In this document: positions 25,749-34,169 of the stretch, one piece after another | How positions within the stretch are numbered: the first letter of the stretch is position 1 | How the letters are laid out: each line of letters opens with the position of its first letter | Origin: Candidatus Polarisedimenticolia bacterium | GTDB lineage: Bacteria > Acidobacteriota > Terriglobia > Acidiferrales > UBA7541 | Length of the DNA: 40,301 nt | Assembly (NCBI GenBank): GCA_035576265.1 | Contig: DATLWP010000292.1 | Span: 1-40,301 of the forward strand | Direction: 5' to 3' | Translations under genes and position numbers: made by a program | The notes under the pieces: generated by a model | What the model saw: the letters and a program-made list of their open reading frames with translations, nothing else | Told to the model about the DNA's origin: nothing | Databases searched by the model: none

Positions 25749-26515
25749 CGGCGCGGCACTTACACCTTGCATTCGCAGTGCTAATGAGTGTCTGCATGGC
25801 CGCCTGCGGCAAACAGCAAGGCGCCCAATCTTCCGTCCCAGCTGCCGCCGTCGACTCCGCCACAGCCGCCTCGATCACGGGCACGGTCACGCTCGATGGC
25901 GCGCCGCCTGCGCTCCGCCCCATCGACATGAGCGCCGCACCCGCCTGCGTGCAGGCGAATCCCTCGCCCGTTCTTCCGCCCGTGGTTGTCACCGGTGAAA
26001 ACGGCGCCCTCGCCAACGTCGTCATTTACGTGAAGAACGGCCTGGGCAACTATCGCTTCGACGCGCATGCCACCCCGGTGATCCTCGACCAGAAGAACTG
26101 CATGTATGCGCCGCACGTCGTAGCGCTGATGACGAACCAACCCTTCGAAATCCGCAACGATGATCCCACCATGCACAACGTCCATCCCATGCCTCTCCAC
26201 AATCGCCAGTGGAACACGTCGCAGCCCCCCGGATCCGCCCCGCTCAAGGCATCCCTCGCGCGCCCCGAACTCGCCATCCCGGTCGTGTGCAGCGTCCATC
26301 CCTGGATGCGCGCGTTCGTCTTCGTTTTCGATCATCCCTACTTCGCCGTCACTTCGAAGTCCGGAGAATTCGAGCTGAAGAATCTTCCGCCGGGCACCTA
26401 CACCATCGAAGCCTGGCACGAGCAATACAAAACACTCGACCAGACCGTTACCCTCGCACCCCGCGAATCCAAATCCGTTTCCTTCACCTTTCATTCTGCC
26501 GCCCCTCCCCTCTAG
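25745..26515 (+). CDS. Lipoprotein with amicyanin-like type-1 copper (cupredoxin) signature
   Basis: Lipobox VLMSVCMAAC|G. The pattern HNVH ... CSVHPWM (C-x2-H-x2-M, as in the amicyanin sequence CTPHPFM) sits in a beta-rich protein. The C-terminal block GEFELKNLPPGTYTIEAWHE is common in this uncharacterised family. Confidence 0.62.
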   Translation: MTARHLHLAFAVLMSVCMAACGKQQGAQSSVPAAAVDSATAASITGTVTLDGAPPALRPIDMSAAPACVQANPSPVLPPVVVTGENGALANVVIYVKNGLGNYRFDAHATPVILDQKNCMYAPHVVALMTNQPFEIRNDDPTMHNVHPMPLHNRQWNTSQPPGSAPLKASLARPELAIPVVCSVHPWMRAFVFVFDHPYFAVTSKSGEFELKNLPPGTYTIEAWHEQYKTLDQTVTLAPRESKSVSFTFHSAAPPL

Positions 26516-26621
26516 CCTCGAAAAGCGCAATTTGTTACCGTCGGCAATGCAAGACGTAGGCAACGTGGCACCGTGACGAGCGCGCTTCGCTGTCAGCTCG
26601 GCCCGAGGAGCACACAGTTCC

Positions 26622-27338
26622 ATGGCGCACCCTGTACTCTCGGTGAGAAACCTGACGATCGCCTTTGGGCGCCACGTTATCATCCAGAACCTGAGCTTCG
26701 ATGTGCCTGCTGGGAATTGCCTCGCGGTTATCGGGCCGAACGGCTCAGGAAAAACCGTACTGCTGAAGGCGTTGTTGAAACTCATCCCTTACGAGGGAGA
26801 AATTCAGTGGAGCCGTGATGCTCGGCTCGGGTACGTTCCGCAGAAGATCGCCGCGGACCGGCAGCTTCCTCTCAGCTTGCGGGATATGTTGGCGGCCAAA
26901 GCCTCGTTTTTGAAGTTGCCGAGCCGCGAGATCGATCAAATTTGCGCCGAAATCGGTCTGACACAAGACCTTTTGAGCACAAGCATCGGACATTTGTCCG
27001 GAGGCCAGTTTCAAAAGGCGCTGATTGCCTTCGCATTGCTGGGGCAGCCGAACGTGCTCCTCTTCGACGAGCCGACCGCAAGCCTCGACGAGCTGACCGA
27101 AGAACGCGTCTACGAATTGCTCCACTCGCTGCAAAGGAGTCGAGGCATGACGGTCATTCTTGTGTCCCACGACGTCAGCGTCGTCTATCGCTACGCCGAC
27201 ATGGTCTTGTGTCTCAGCAAGGGGAAACCTTGCATGGGTCCTCCAAAAGAAATTCTCACGCCCGCGATGCTGGAAGATCTCTACTCGGCGCCGCCCAAGT
27301 ATTACCGCCACGTGGAAGACCGGCAGAAGGGCTCGTAG
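26622..27338 (+). CDS. Metal (Zn/Mn-type) ABC transporter ATP-binding protein, ZnuC-like
   Basis: Walker A GPNGSGKT, signature LSGGQFQ and Walker B LLLFDEPT, plus a GYVPQK block typical of ZnuC/MntB-type ATPases. Confidence 0.88.
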   Translation: MAHPVLSVRNLTIAFGRHVIIQNLSFDVPAGNCLAVIGPNGSGKTVLLKALLKLIPYEGEIQWSRDARLGYVPQKIAADRQLPLSLRDMLAAKASFLKLPSREIDQICAEIGLTQDLLSTSIGHLSGGQFQKALIAFALLGQPNVLLFDEPTASLDELTEERVYELLHSLQRSRGMTVILVSHDVSVVYRYADMVLCLSKGKPCMGPPKEILTPAMLEDLYSAPPKYYRHVEDRQKGS

Positions 27339-27370
27339 AAGAGCCAGGAATTCCATGGGAGGCTTGTGAC

Positions 27371-28144
27371 ATGGCAGGAGGCCAAGCCCTTCTCGTACTG
27401 CTAGCGCTGCTCTTTGCGCTGGCGGCCGGTCTCGTCGGTTGTTTTGCTTTGATGAAGCGAATGGTTCTGGCCAGCGATGTGATTTCTCACTTGGCTCTTC
27501 CCGGACTAGGAATCGCGTATCTACTGAAGTTCAACCCGTTGATCGGCGGCGCTGCCACACTGTTTCTCGGCACGCTTCTGGTCTGGCAACTCCAGAAGAA
27601 AACCGGCTTGGCTGCCGATGCCTCGATCGGCGTGGTCTTTGCCTCAGCCCTGGCAATTGGCGCGGCAGTGACTCCGCGAGAGGATCTCATAGAGGCTCTT
27701 TTCGGCGAGTTGCGAAGCATATCGCTCCTCGGATTCTTTCTCGGCCTGGTCGCCACGCTGCTGGTGGTTCTTTCCGTCATTCTCCTAAAGGACCGCCTCG
27801 CGCTCAGCGTCTTTTCCCCGGACTTGGCGGAAGCCACCGGCGTCAACGTAGCTCGCGTGAATCTCATCTATTTCTTGGTTTTCAGCCTGACGGTCTTGGT
27901 GGGCCTTCGGTTTATGGGCACGCTCCTGGCCAGCGCGTTGATCATCTTGCCTGCTGCGACCGCTCGGCACTTGACGGAAAAGCTCTCACACTTCCTTCTC
28001 GTTTCCTCGGCGATTAGCCTCGTCTCGGTCCTCGCCGGGTTCGTGCTCAACGCGCTTGTGCTTAGGCTTTCCACTGTGGGGCCGACCATCATCATCTTCT
28101 CGGCCCTCCTGTTTGCCCTTAGCTTTCTCAAAAGAACCACGTAA
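27371..28144 (+). CDS. Metal ABC transporter permease (ABC-3 family, ZnuB-like)
   Basis: About 8 TM segments. Blocks such as MKRMVLASDVISHLALPG and LIILPAATARHLT are typical of the ABC-3 family. The start is set at ATG 27371. The 400-aa track ORF is an out-of-context 5' extension across the ATPase gene. Confidence 0.88.
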   Translation: MAGGQALLVLLALLFALAAGLVGCFALMKRMVLASDVISHLALPGLGIAYLLKFNPLIGGAATLFLGTLLVWQLQKKTGLAADASIGVVFASALAIGAAVTPREDLIEALFGELRSISLLGFFLGLVATLLVVLSVILLKDRLALSVFSPDLAEATGVNVARVNLIYFLVFSLTVLVGLRFMGTLLASALIILPAATARHLTEKLSHFLLVSSAISLVSVLAGFVLNALVLRLSTVGPTIIIFSALLFALSFLKRTT

Positions 28145-28213
28145 GCTCTGCGTCCGACCGCCGCGCCGGCGCACGCTGCCCTCCCAAATGGTGCCCCGAC
28201 CGTCCCCAGCCAA

Positions 28214-28234
28214 AATCGCATCCCCACTGCGATT
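28214..28234 (+). other. Small hairpin downstream of the permease gene
   Basis: AATCGCA (28214-28220), loop TCCCCAC, TGCGATT (28228-28234), followed by CTTTGC. This is a weak terminator candidate. Its left arm also resembles the TAATCGCTACAC repeat core. Confidence 0.3.
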
Positions 28235-28271
28235 CTTTGCGCCTGCAAGTCGAGTCGGCTCAGCGGACTGC

Positions 28272-28610
28272 AGTAATCGCTACACGTGTACCGGCTTGCG
28301 TCGTGTGATAGCGTGGAAGTGTGGTTATGCAGCTCGAATGCAAACTCGGCCCAAGGCAAGCCCCGCACCGGGCGAAGCTTTCCGCCAGCGGGCATCGAGC
28401 GACTCTAATCGCTACACAAGTGGAAACCGCCGATCCGACAAGGATCGGCGTCCCGAGCGACCAACGGGAGCCGAGGGACCTTTCCCATCGCTCGTACGGT
28501 CTCCCTTTTCAAGCTTCGACCGTGCGGAATCTAATCGCTACACAAGTGGAAACCGGAGCCGCGCTATCTCGCTGGAAACAAACGCCTCGGCCCATTTCTA
28601 ATCGCTACAC
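28272..28610 (+). repeat. Four direct copies of a TAATCGCTACAC-core repeat (two of them identical 26-mers) in a non-coding gap
   Basis: TAATCGCTACAC occurs exactly at 28274, 28406, 28532 and 28599. Copies 2 and 3 are the identical 26-mer TCTAATCGCTACACAAGTGGAAACCG (28404-28429 and 28530-28555). Copy 1 continues as the diverged GTGTACCGG. Copy 4 shares only TCTAATCGCTACAC. A second shared box, GCT[C/G]GAA..CAAAC..CTCGGCCCA, occurs at 28332-28353 and 28571-28594. Confidence 0.8.
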
Positions 28611-28628
28611 TTGCGCGAGGGTCAGGCT

Positions 28629-30758
28629 GTGACTCACTCTGCCGAAAATCGCCTGAAGGATTCCGCGAGCCCCTATCTCCGCTCCGCCGCCCATCAGCCC
28701 ATCGACTGGCACGAGTGGGGCGACGAAGCCTTTCAAAAAGCGCACGCCGAAGGAAAGCCCGTGCTGCTCGACATTGGCGCCGTCTGGTGCCACTGGTGCC
28801 ACGTCATCGACCGCGAAAGCTACGAAAATCCCGAAATCGCGAGCCTGATCAACGATCTCTACATTCCCGTGAAAGTGGACCGCGACGAGCGGCCCGACGT
28901 GGACGCGCGCTACCAGTCCGCCGTCAGTGCGATTTCCGGCCAGGGCGGTTGGCCGCTCACGGCCTTCCTCACGCCGGACGGCAAACCGTTTTTCGGCGGC
29001 ACCTACTTCCCGCCCGACGACGCCCACGGCCGCCCCGGATTCAAGCGCATCCTGGTCGCGATTTCCGAAGCTTTCAAAACGCGCCGCGCGGAAGTGGAGA
29101 CGTCCGCGCAGGCGCTCGAACAAGCCGTCGCCAAGGCCGAAGTTTTTCACGGCGCCCGCGGCACTTTCGACGCTCGAAGTGTCACTGCAGTCGTCCAATC
29201 GGCGATCCGCCAATTCGACCAGCAGCATGGCGGTTTCGGCCACGCTCCGAAATTTCCGCAAGCGAGCACCGTTGATCTGCTGCTCGAGCGTTACCAGGCC
29301 ACGCGCGACGACGAATTGTTGCATGTCGCCGAGCACACGCTCGAAGCGATGGCGCGCGGCGGCGTCTACGATCAGATTGGCGGCGGGTTTCATCGCTACT
29401 CCGTGGACGCGCGCTGGTGCGTTCCGCACTTCGAAAAGATGTCTTACGACAATTCCGAGCTTCTGAAAAATTTTCTTCACGGCTATCAGGTGACCGCGAA
29501 GCCGCTCTATCGCGACATCGTCGAGGGAATCATCGCCTGGGTCACTGAGGTTCTTTCGGATCAGCAGCGCGGCGGATTCTACGCCAGTCAGGATGCCGAC
29601 CAGACTCTCGACGACGACGGCGATTACTTTACTTGGACGCTCGCTGAGGTGCGCGCCGTGCTGTCTCCCGAAGAAGCGCGCGCCATCGAGGTCTACTACG
29701 ATGTCGAGGCGCACGGCGAGATGCACCACAATCCCGAGAAAAATGTCCTGTGGGTTGCCTCCAGCATCGTCGCTCTCGCCAACAAGCTGGAATTGGACGA
29801 AGCCAGCGCTCGCGTCCTCCTCGCCCGCGCTCGCGGAAAACTGCTCGCGGCGCGGCGTAATCGCCGTCCCACCCCCGCCGTGGACGAAACGCATTACGTC
29901 GGCTGGAACGCGATGTTTGCCTCCGCCTATCTAGAAGCCGCGCGCGTGCTCGACCGCACCGATTGCCGCGCGTTTGCGCTGAAGACGCTCGATCGCATCC
30001 TCGCCGAAGGGTGGGAGTCTACGAAGGGTTTTCTGCACCGCGTCGGTGGCCCGCGCCTCGAAGGAACGCTCGACGACCAGATTTTCATGATCGCGGCACT
30101 CCTCGACGCCTGGGAAACCACGTTCGACCGCCGCTACTTTGAAGTTGCCGAGCGCGCCGCAAGACTCGCCATCGAGCGCTTCGGCGATTCCGAAGGCGGC
30201 GGCTTCTTCGACCGCGCGAAAGACGCCGCGCCGATGGGCGGCCTCGAGATCCGCCGCAAGCCGCTGCAAGATTCGCCCACGCCGGGAGCGAATTCTGTCG
30301 CTGCCATCGTCCTCGACCGGCTTTACGCGTACACCGGCGAGCGTCTCTACCGCGAATGGGCGGAGAAAACGCTCGAAGCGTTCGTCGGCCCGATCCCGCA
30401 GTACGGCCTCTTTGCCGCGACCTACGGACTCGCGGCTTTGCTGCATGCGCGCCATGCGGTGCAGGTGGTCGTGACGGGCACCGCGGGAGATTCACGAGCC
30501 TCCGAACTGGAAAGAACCGCCCATGAAACCTATCGCTTCGGAAAATCGGTCCTGCGCGTCACGCCCGAGCGCCTGGTATCCGGAGCGCTGCCCGCCACAC
30601 TCCGTGAAACGCTGCCTCACCTCGACGCCAGGAAGCCGGAAGCTCTCGTCTGCGTCGAGAGCACTTGTCATCCTTCGGTCACCACTCCGCAGAGACTTGC
30701 GTCGCTGCTCGTGGAAGTGGCGGCAGATGCGGCGGGAGCCACGGGCGGCGGAAAGTGA
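28629..30758 (+). CDS. Thioredoxin-domain protein of the DUF255/YyaL family (thioredoxin-like N-domain plus six-hairpin glycosidase-like domain)
   Basis: SPYLRSAAHQPIDWHEWGDEAFQKA, GAVWCHWCHVIDRESYENPEIA, VKVDRDERPDVD, GGWPLTAFLTPDGKPFFGGTYFP, PKFPQ and YDQIGGGFHRYSVD. GTG 28629 lies 8 nt after GAGGG, and TTG 28611 is an alternative. Confidence 0.85.
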   Translation: MTHSAENRLKDSASPYLRSAAHQPIDWHEWGDEAFQKAHAEGKPVLLDIGAVWCHWCHVIDRESYENPEIASLINDLYIPVKVDRDERPDVDARYQSAVSAISGQGGWPLTAFLTPDGKPFFGGTYFPPDDAHGRPGFKRILVAISEAFKTRRAEVETSAQALEQAVAKAEVFHGARGTFDARSVTAVVQSAIRQFDQQHGGFGHAPKFPQASTVDLLLERYQATRDDELLHVAEHTLEAMARGGVYDQIGGGFHRYSVDARWCVPHFEKMSYDNSELLKNFLHGYQVTAKPLYRDIVEGIIAWVTEVLSDQQRGGFYASQDADQTLDDDGDYFTWTLAEVRAVLSPEEARAIEVYYDVEAHGEMHHNPEKNVLWVASSIVALANKLELDEASARVLLARARGKLLAARRNRRPTPAVDETHYVGWNAMFASAYLEAARVLDRTDCRAFALKTLDRILAEGWESTKGFLHRVGGPRLEGTLDDQIFMIAALLDAWETTFDRRYFEVAERAARLAIERFGDSEGGGFFDRAKDAAPMGGLEIRRKPLQDSPTPGANSVAAIVLDRLYAYTGERLYREWAEKTLEAFVGPIPQYGLFAATYGLAALLHARHAVQVVVTGTAGDSRASELERTAHETYRFGKSVLRVTPERLVSGALPATLRETLPHLDARKPEALVCVESTCHPSVTTPQRLASLLVEVAADAAGATGGGK

Positions 30759-30844
30759 GCGCAGAATTTTCCGGGCTATCATACGGTTTACCGGCGTATC
30801 CCCTTCGGGATGGAAGGCGGTTCGGCTTCAAAGCAGCAAAATGA

Positions 30845-30874
30845 TTGACGCATGGCGAGGCCCGATGCGATAAT
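30845..30874 (+). promoter_or_regulatory. Sigma70-type promoter candidate for the atp operon
   Basis: TTGACG (30845-30850), 18-nt spacer, GATAAT (30869-30874). It lies about 100 nt upstream of ATG 30974. Confidence 0.5.
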
Positions 30875-30973
30875 CATGGGCTTTATTTGTCGTTGGCGCG
30901 CGTGCCAGTGGGGCATGCCGCACACTGGAAACCATCTAAATCAGGAGCGCAGTCGCAACAGCTTTCCCCCTCG

Positions 30974-31441
30974 ATGGAAATTATCCACCAGCTCGGCGAG
31001 TTGTTTCTCGAAGCTGTGCCTACGATCGTCATCGTCCTCCTATTCTATGTGTTTCTGCGCTGGGCCTTCTTCCAGCCGATTCAAAAGGCGATGGCGGAGC
31101 GGGCGGCCCGAATCGAAGGTGCCCGCGCGGATGCTGCGGCCGTGGAGGCTTCCGCGCGGCAGGAGCTCGATTCCTACCACGAAGCCCTGCGCCAAGCCCG
31201 CGCCGAAATCTACGCGGAGGCGGAAGCCGCGCGCCAGGCCGCCCTGGACAGTCGTTCCAAGCTCCTCAAGGCCATGCATGCCCGCGCGCAAGAAGAAGTT
31301 TCCTCGGCGAAGAAACGGATTGCGACGGAGCTCGAGTCCGCCCGGGCAGAGATCGAGCGTCAGGCTCCCGCCCTCGCAAGCGAAATCGCTCGCGCGATTC
31401 TCGAAAGACCAGCTCCTTTGCGCGGAGGGCCGGCCAGATGA
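30974..31441 (+). CDS. atpF: F-type ATP synthase subunit b' (second b-type stalk subunit)
   Basis: A single N-terminal TM helix (VPTIVIVLLFYVFLRWAFF) is followed by a long Ala/Glu/Arg-rich helix. The stop overlaps the next start (ATGA at 31438-31441). Confidence 0.78.
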   Translation: MEIIHQLGELFLEAVPTIVIVLLFYVFLRWAFFQPIQKAMAERAARIEGARADAAAVEASARQELDSYHEALRQARAEIYAEAEAARQAALDSRSKLLKAMHARAQEEVSSAKKRIATELESARAEIERQAPALASEIARAILERPAPLRGGPAR

Positions 31442-32025
31442 TGCGGCTCATCCGGCTCGTTGCCCCCCGCATGGGGTCTCTCGTCCTTTCCTTCTTTCTC
31501 GTCGCCGCGCCCGCCCTGGCGCAGGAAGGCGAATCCTCGCCCGCCGATTCGCCCACGGGCCAGATCTTCCGCTGGCTGAATTTCGCGATCATCTTCGGAT
31601 TGATTGTTTACGCGCTGCGGAAAGCGGGCCCTTATTTTCGCAGCCGGTCGGAAGAGATTTCCCGGAAGATCGCCGACGGCACCCGAGCGCGGGAGGCGGC
31701 AGAACAACAGCGCCGCGAAGCGCAAGCGAAGCTCGCTGGCATTCCAGAAGTGGTCGCCAAATTACGGGCGGAGGCGAAGCGCGCGGCCGAGGCCGAGGCC
31801 GAACGTCTTCGCGCGCTGGCCAAGGCCGAGGCGGAGACCATTGAACGAGCCGCGCGGGCGGAGATCGCCGCAGCGGAACGAGCCGGGCGCCTTAAGCTGA
31901 AGGCGCTCGCCGCGCGAATGGCCGTCGAGCGCGCGGAAGCCGTATTGCGACAGGAGTTGACGCCGAACGCGGAGGCGAGTCTCTTCCGCACGTTCGTCGC
32001 CGAGCTCGAAGGGAGTGCGAATTGA
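31438..32025 (+). CDS. atpF: F-type ATP synthase subunit b
   Basis: An N-terminal hydrophobic, signal-like stretch plus a TM helix (WLNFAIIFGLIVYAL) is followed by an extended AEAR-rich helix. The gene is translationally coupled on both sides. Confidence 0.78.
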   Translation: MMRLIRLVAPRMGSLVLSFFLVAAPALAQEGESSPADSPTGQIFRWLNFAIIFGLIVYALRKAGPYFRSRSEEISRKIADGTRAREAAEQQRREAQAKLAGIPEVVAKLRAEAKRAAEAEAERLRALAKAEAETIERAARAEIAAAERAGRLKLKALAARMAVERAEAVLRQELTPNAEASLFRTFVAELEGSAN

Positions 32026-32561
32026 GCGGAGCAGTCGCATCGCGGTACGCGGCCGCACTCGCCGATGTGGCGCTTGAGCACAAGACCGCGGACCGCGTGA
32101 AGCGCGACCTTACCGCGTTCGTCGATGCGTTCTATTCCGCAGCCGATCTGCGGATTTTCCTCGATAGTCCCGCGGTCGCCCGCGATGCGAAGCAGAAAGT
32201 GATCGAAAAGATCGCGGCAAAAATGGATCTGACGTCGGCGGTCCGAAATTTTGTCTACGTTTTGGTGGACCGCCGCCGCACGGATATGCTGCGCGAGATT
32301 CAGCAGGCGTTCGATGCGGAATTGAACGCCCGGCTCGGCATTGCCGAGGCCGAAGTAACCTCGGCGCGGGAGCTGAGCGCCGCGGAGCGTAAAGAGTTGA
32401 CCACCGCGCTGGAGAGGCGCACGGGCAAGAAGATCGAAGCGCACTTCCGCCGGGATCCGTCTCTCGTGGGCGGCGCCGTCGTGCGCGTCGGCTCAACCGT
32501 CTATGACGGTTCCGTGCGCGAACAGTTGATCCGGCTGCGCGAGCAGCTCGAAGCGGAATAG
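32022..32561 (+). CDS. atpH: F-type ATP synthase subunit delta (OSCP)
   Basis: ASRYAAALADVA N-terminus and the C-terminal DPSLVGGAVVRVGSTVYDGSVREQL block. The TTG start overlaps the upstream stop (TTGA). Confidence 0.85.
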   Translation: MSGAVASRYAAALADVALEHKTADRVKRDLTAFVDAFYSAADLRIFLDSPAVARDAKQKVIEKIAAKMDLTSAVRNFVYVLVDRRRTDMLREIQQAFDAELNARLGIAEAEVTSARELSAAERKELTTALERRTGKKIEAHFRRDPSLVGGAVVRVGSTVYDGSVREQLIRLREQLEAE

Positions 32562-32570
32562 GAGCCAGGA

Positions 32571-34112
32571 ATGGCGAACATTAAAGCGGACGAAATCACG
32601 AAGATACTGCGCGAGCAGATCGAAAATTATCAGCAGGCGGTCTCGGTTGAAGAGGTCGGCTCGGTCATTTCGGTCGGCGACGGCATTGCGCGCATTCACG
32701 GCCTGGATCGCTGCATGGCCGGCGAGATGCTCGCGTTCCCGCACGATGTGTCGGGCATCGCGCTCAACCTCGAAGAAGATCAGGTAGGCGCCGTGCTGCT
32801 CGGCGACTACACCGAGATCCGAGAAGGCGATACCGTCAAGCGCACGAACAAAATTATGTCTGTGCCGGTCGGAGAGGCTCTCATCGGGCGCGTCGTGAAC
32901 CCTCTGGGCGAACCGCTCGACGGCAAAGGCCCCGTCCTGACCCAGCATTACAACCCGCTCGAACGCCTGGCGCCGGGCGTGGTCGATCGCCAGCCCGTGC
33001 GCGAACCGGTGCAGACCGGCGTCAAAGCGATCGATTCGATGATCCCGATCGGACGCGGGCAGCGCGAATTGATCATTGGCGACCGCCAGACAGGCAAGAC
33101 CGCGATCATTCTCGACACCATCCTGAACCAGAAGGGCGGAGATCTGATCTGCATCTACTGCGCAATCGGGCAGAAGCGCTCGACGATCGCTCAGGTGGTG
33201 AAAGCGCTCTCCGACTATGGCGCGCTCGACTACAGCATCGTCGTGGCAGCTTCGGCCACCGAGCCGGCCACGATGCAATTCATCGCGCCCTTCGCCGCCG
33301 CCGCCATGGGCGAATATTTTCGCGACACAAAGCGACACGCGATCTGCTTCTACGACGACCTTTCGAAGCATGCGCAGTCCTACCGCGAAATTTCGCTGTT
33401 GCTGCGCCGTCCGCCGGGGCGCGAAGCATTCCCCGGGGACGTCTTCTTTTTGCATTCGCGCCTCCTCGAACGCGCGGCGAAATTGAACGATCAGTTGGGC
33501 GCGGGCTCGCTGACAGCACTGCCCGTGATCGAGACGCAGGCGGGCGACGTTTCGGCCTACATTCCGACGAACGTGATTTCGATCACCGACGGCCAGATTT
33601 ATCTGGAAGCGGATCTTTTCAACGCGGGCATCCGGCCCGCCATTAACGCCGGCATTTCCGTGAGCCGCGTCGGCGGCAACGCGCAGATCAAGGCCATGCG
33701 CCAGGTGGCCGGCACGCTCCGCCTGGACATGGCCCAGTATCGCGAGCTGGCTGCCTTCGCGCAGTTCGGCTCCGAGCAGCTCGACAAGGCCACGCAGGCG
33801 CAGCTTGCTCGCGGCCAGCGTCTGGTGGAAATCCTCAAGCAGGATCAGTACCAGCCGTTGGCGGTGGAGAAGCAGGTTTTGATCATATTTGCCGGCGGCA
33901 ATCGCTATCTCGACGACCTCGAAGTCTCGGAAGTTCGCCGGTTTGAGCGAGAGCTCTATCCGTTCGTTGAAACCAACTACGGCGGAATTTTCAAGACTCT
34001 GCGAGAGAAAAAGACCATTGATGACGAGCTGAAGGCGGAGATGATCAAGGCGCTCGATGCCTTTAAGGAAAGTTTCCTGGCAAGCCGGGGGGCCGCCGCG
34101 GCCGCAGACTGA
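32571..34112 (+). CDS. atpA: F-type ATP synthase subunit alpha
   Basis: GDRQTGKT Walker A, and the [22 protein letters not shown] and [22 protein letters not shown]-type blocks. Confidence 0.98.
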   Translation: MANIKADEITKILREQIENYQQAVSVEEVGSVISVGDGIARIHGLDRCMAGEMLAFPHDVSGIALNLEEDQVGAVLLGDYTEIREGDTVKRTNKIMSVPVGEALIGRVVNPLGEPLDGKGPVLTQHYNPLERLAPGVVDRQPVREPVQTGVKAIDSMIPIGRGQRELIIGDRQTGKTAIILDTILNQKGGDLICIYCAIGQKRSTIAQVVKALSDYGALDYSIVVAASATEPATMQFIAPFAAAAMGEYFRDTKRHAICFYDDLSKHAQSYREISLLLRRPPGREAFPGDVFFLHSRLLERAAKLNDQLGAGSLTALPVIETQAGDVSAYIPTNVISITDGQIYLEADLFNAGIRPAINAGISVSRVGGNAQIKAMRQVAGTLRLDMAQYRELAAFAQFGSEQLDKATQAQLARGQRLVEILKQDQYQPLAVEKQVLIIFAGGNRYLDDLEVSEVRRFERELYPFVETNYGGIFKTLREKKTIDDELKAEMIKALDAFKESFLASRGAAAAAD

Positions 34113-34169
34113 CGCCGTCGGGCGATTGCCCAGGGAACGATGCGCGTTTGACGGACCACTAAATTTCCA

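Noticed and set aside
15513-26515. Functional link between the MauE-family gene (15513-16046) and the amicyanin-like lipoprotein (25745-26515) as a methylamine-utilisation (mau) system
   Set aside because: The genes are 10 kb apart on opposite strands, with housekeeping genes between them. No mauA, mauB, mauD or mauG homologs are visible. MauE/DoxX proteins are widespread outside mau clusters.
26942-27370. 5' extension of the permease ORF (the track gives 26942-28144, 400 aa), and similar extensions for hspR (20740), the DnaC-like gene (21484), moaA (22888), thiL (to 14310), the DUF4242 gene (to 21909) and the cupredoxin gene (25622)
   Set aside because: The extensions overlap the preceding genes or leaders and are Arg/Pro-rich. 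Internal ATGs give N-termini that match the expected family starts, several of them with an RBS or translational coupling.
28404-28470. ECF-sigma promoter reading of the repeat (GGAAAC as a -35 element) or sigma54 reading of copy 4
   Set aside because: No CGTC/CGTA-type -10 element occurs at the required 16-17-nt distance after either full copy; the nearest CGTC is 21 nt away. There is also no GG-N10-GC arrangement for sigma54.
28272-28610. Possible CRISPR array (26-nt repeat ending in GGAAAC, with a 67-nt period for the last two copies)
   Set aside because: There are only four copies, and only two are full-length and identical. Intervals are 132, 126 and 67 nt, so implied spacers of about 100 nt and 41 nt are irregular. 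The candidate degenerate repeats at the midpoints match poorly (about 8-10 of 24 by eye) and are off-register. No cas genes or leader-like AT-rich region occur in 40 kb. I kept it as an unexplained repeat rather than a CRISPR call.
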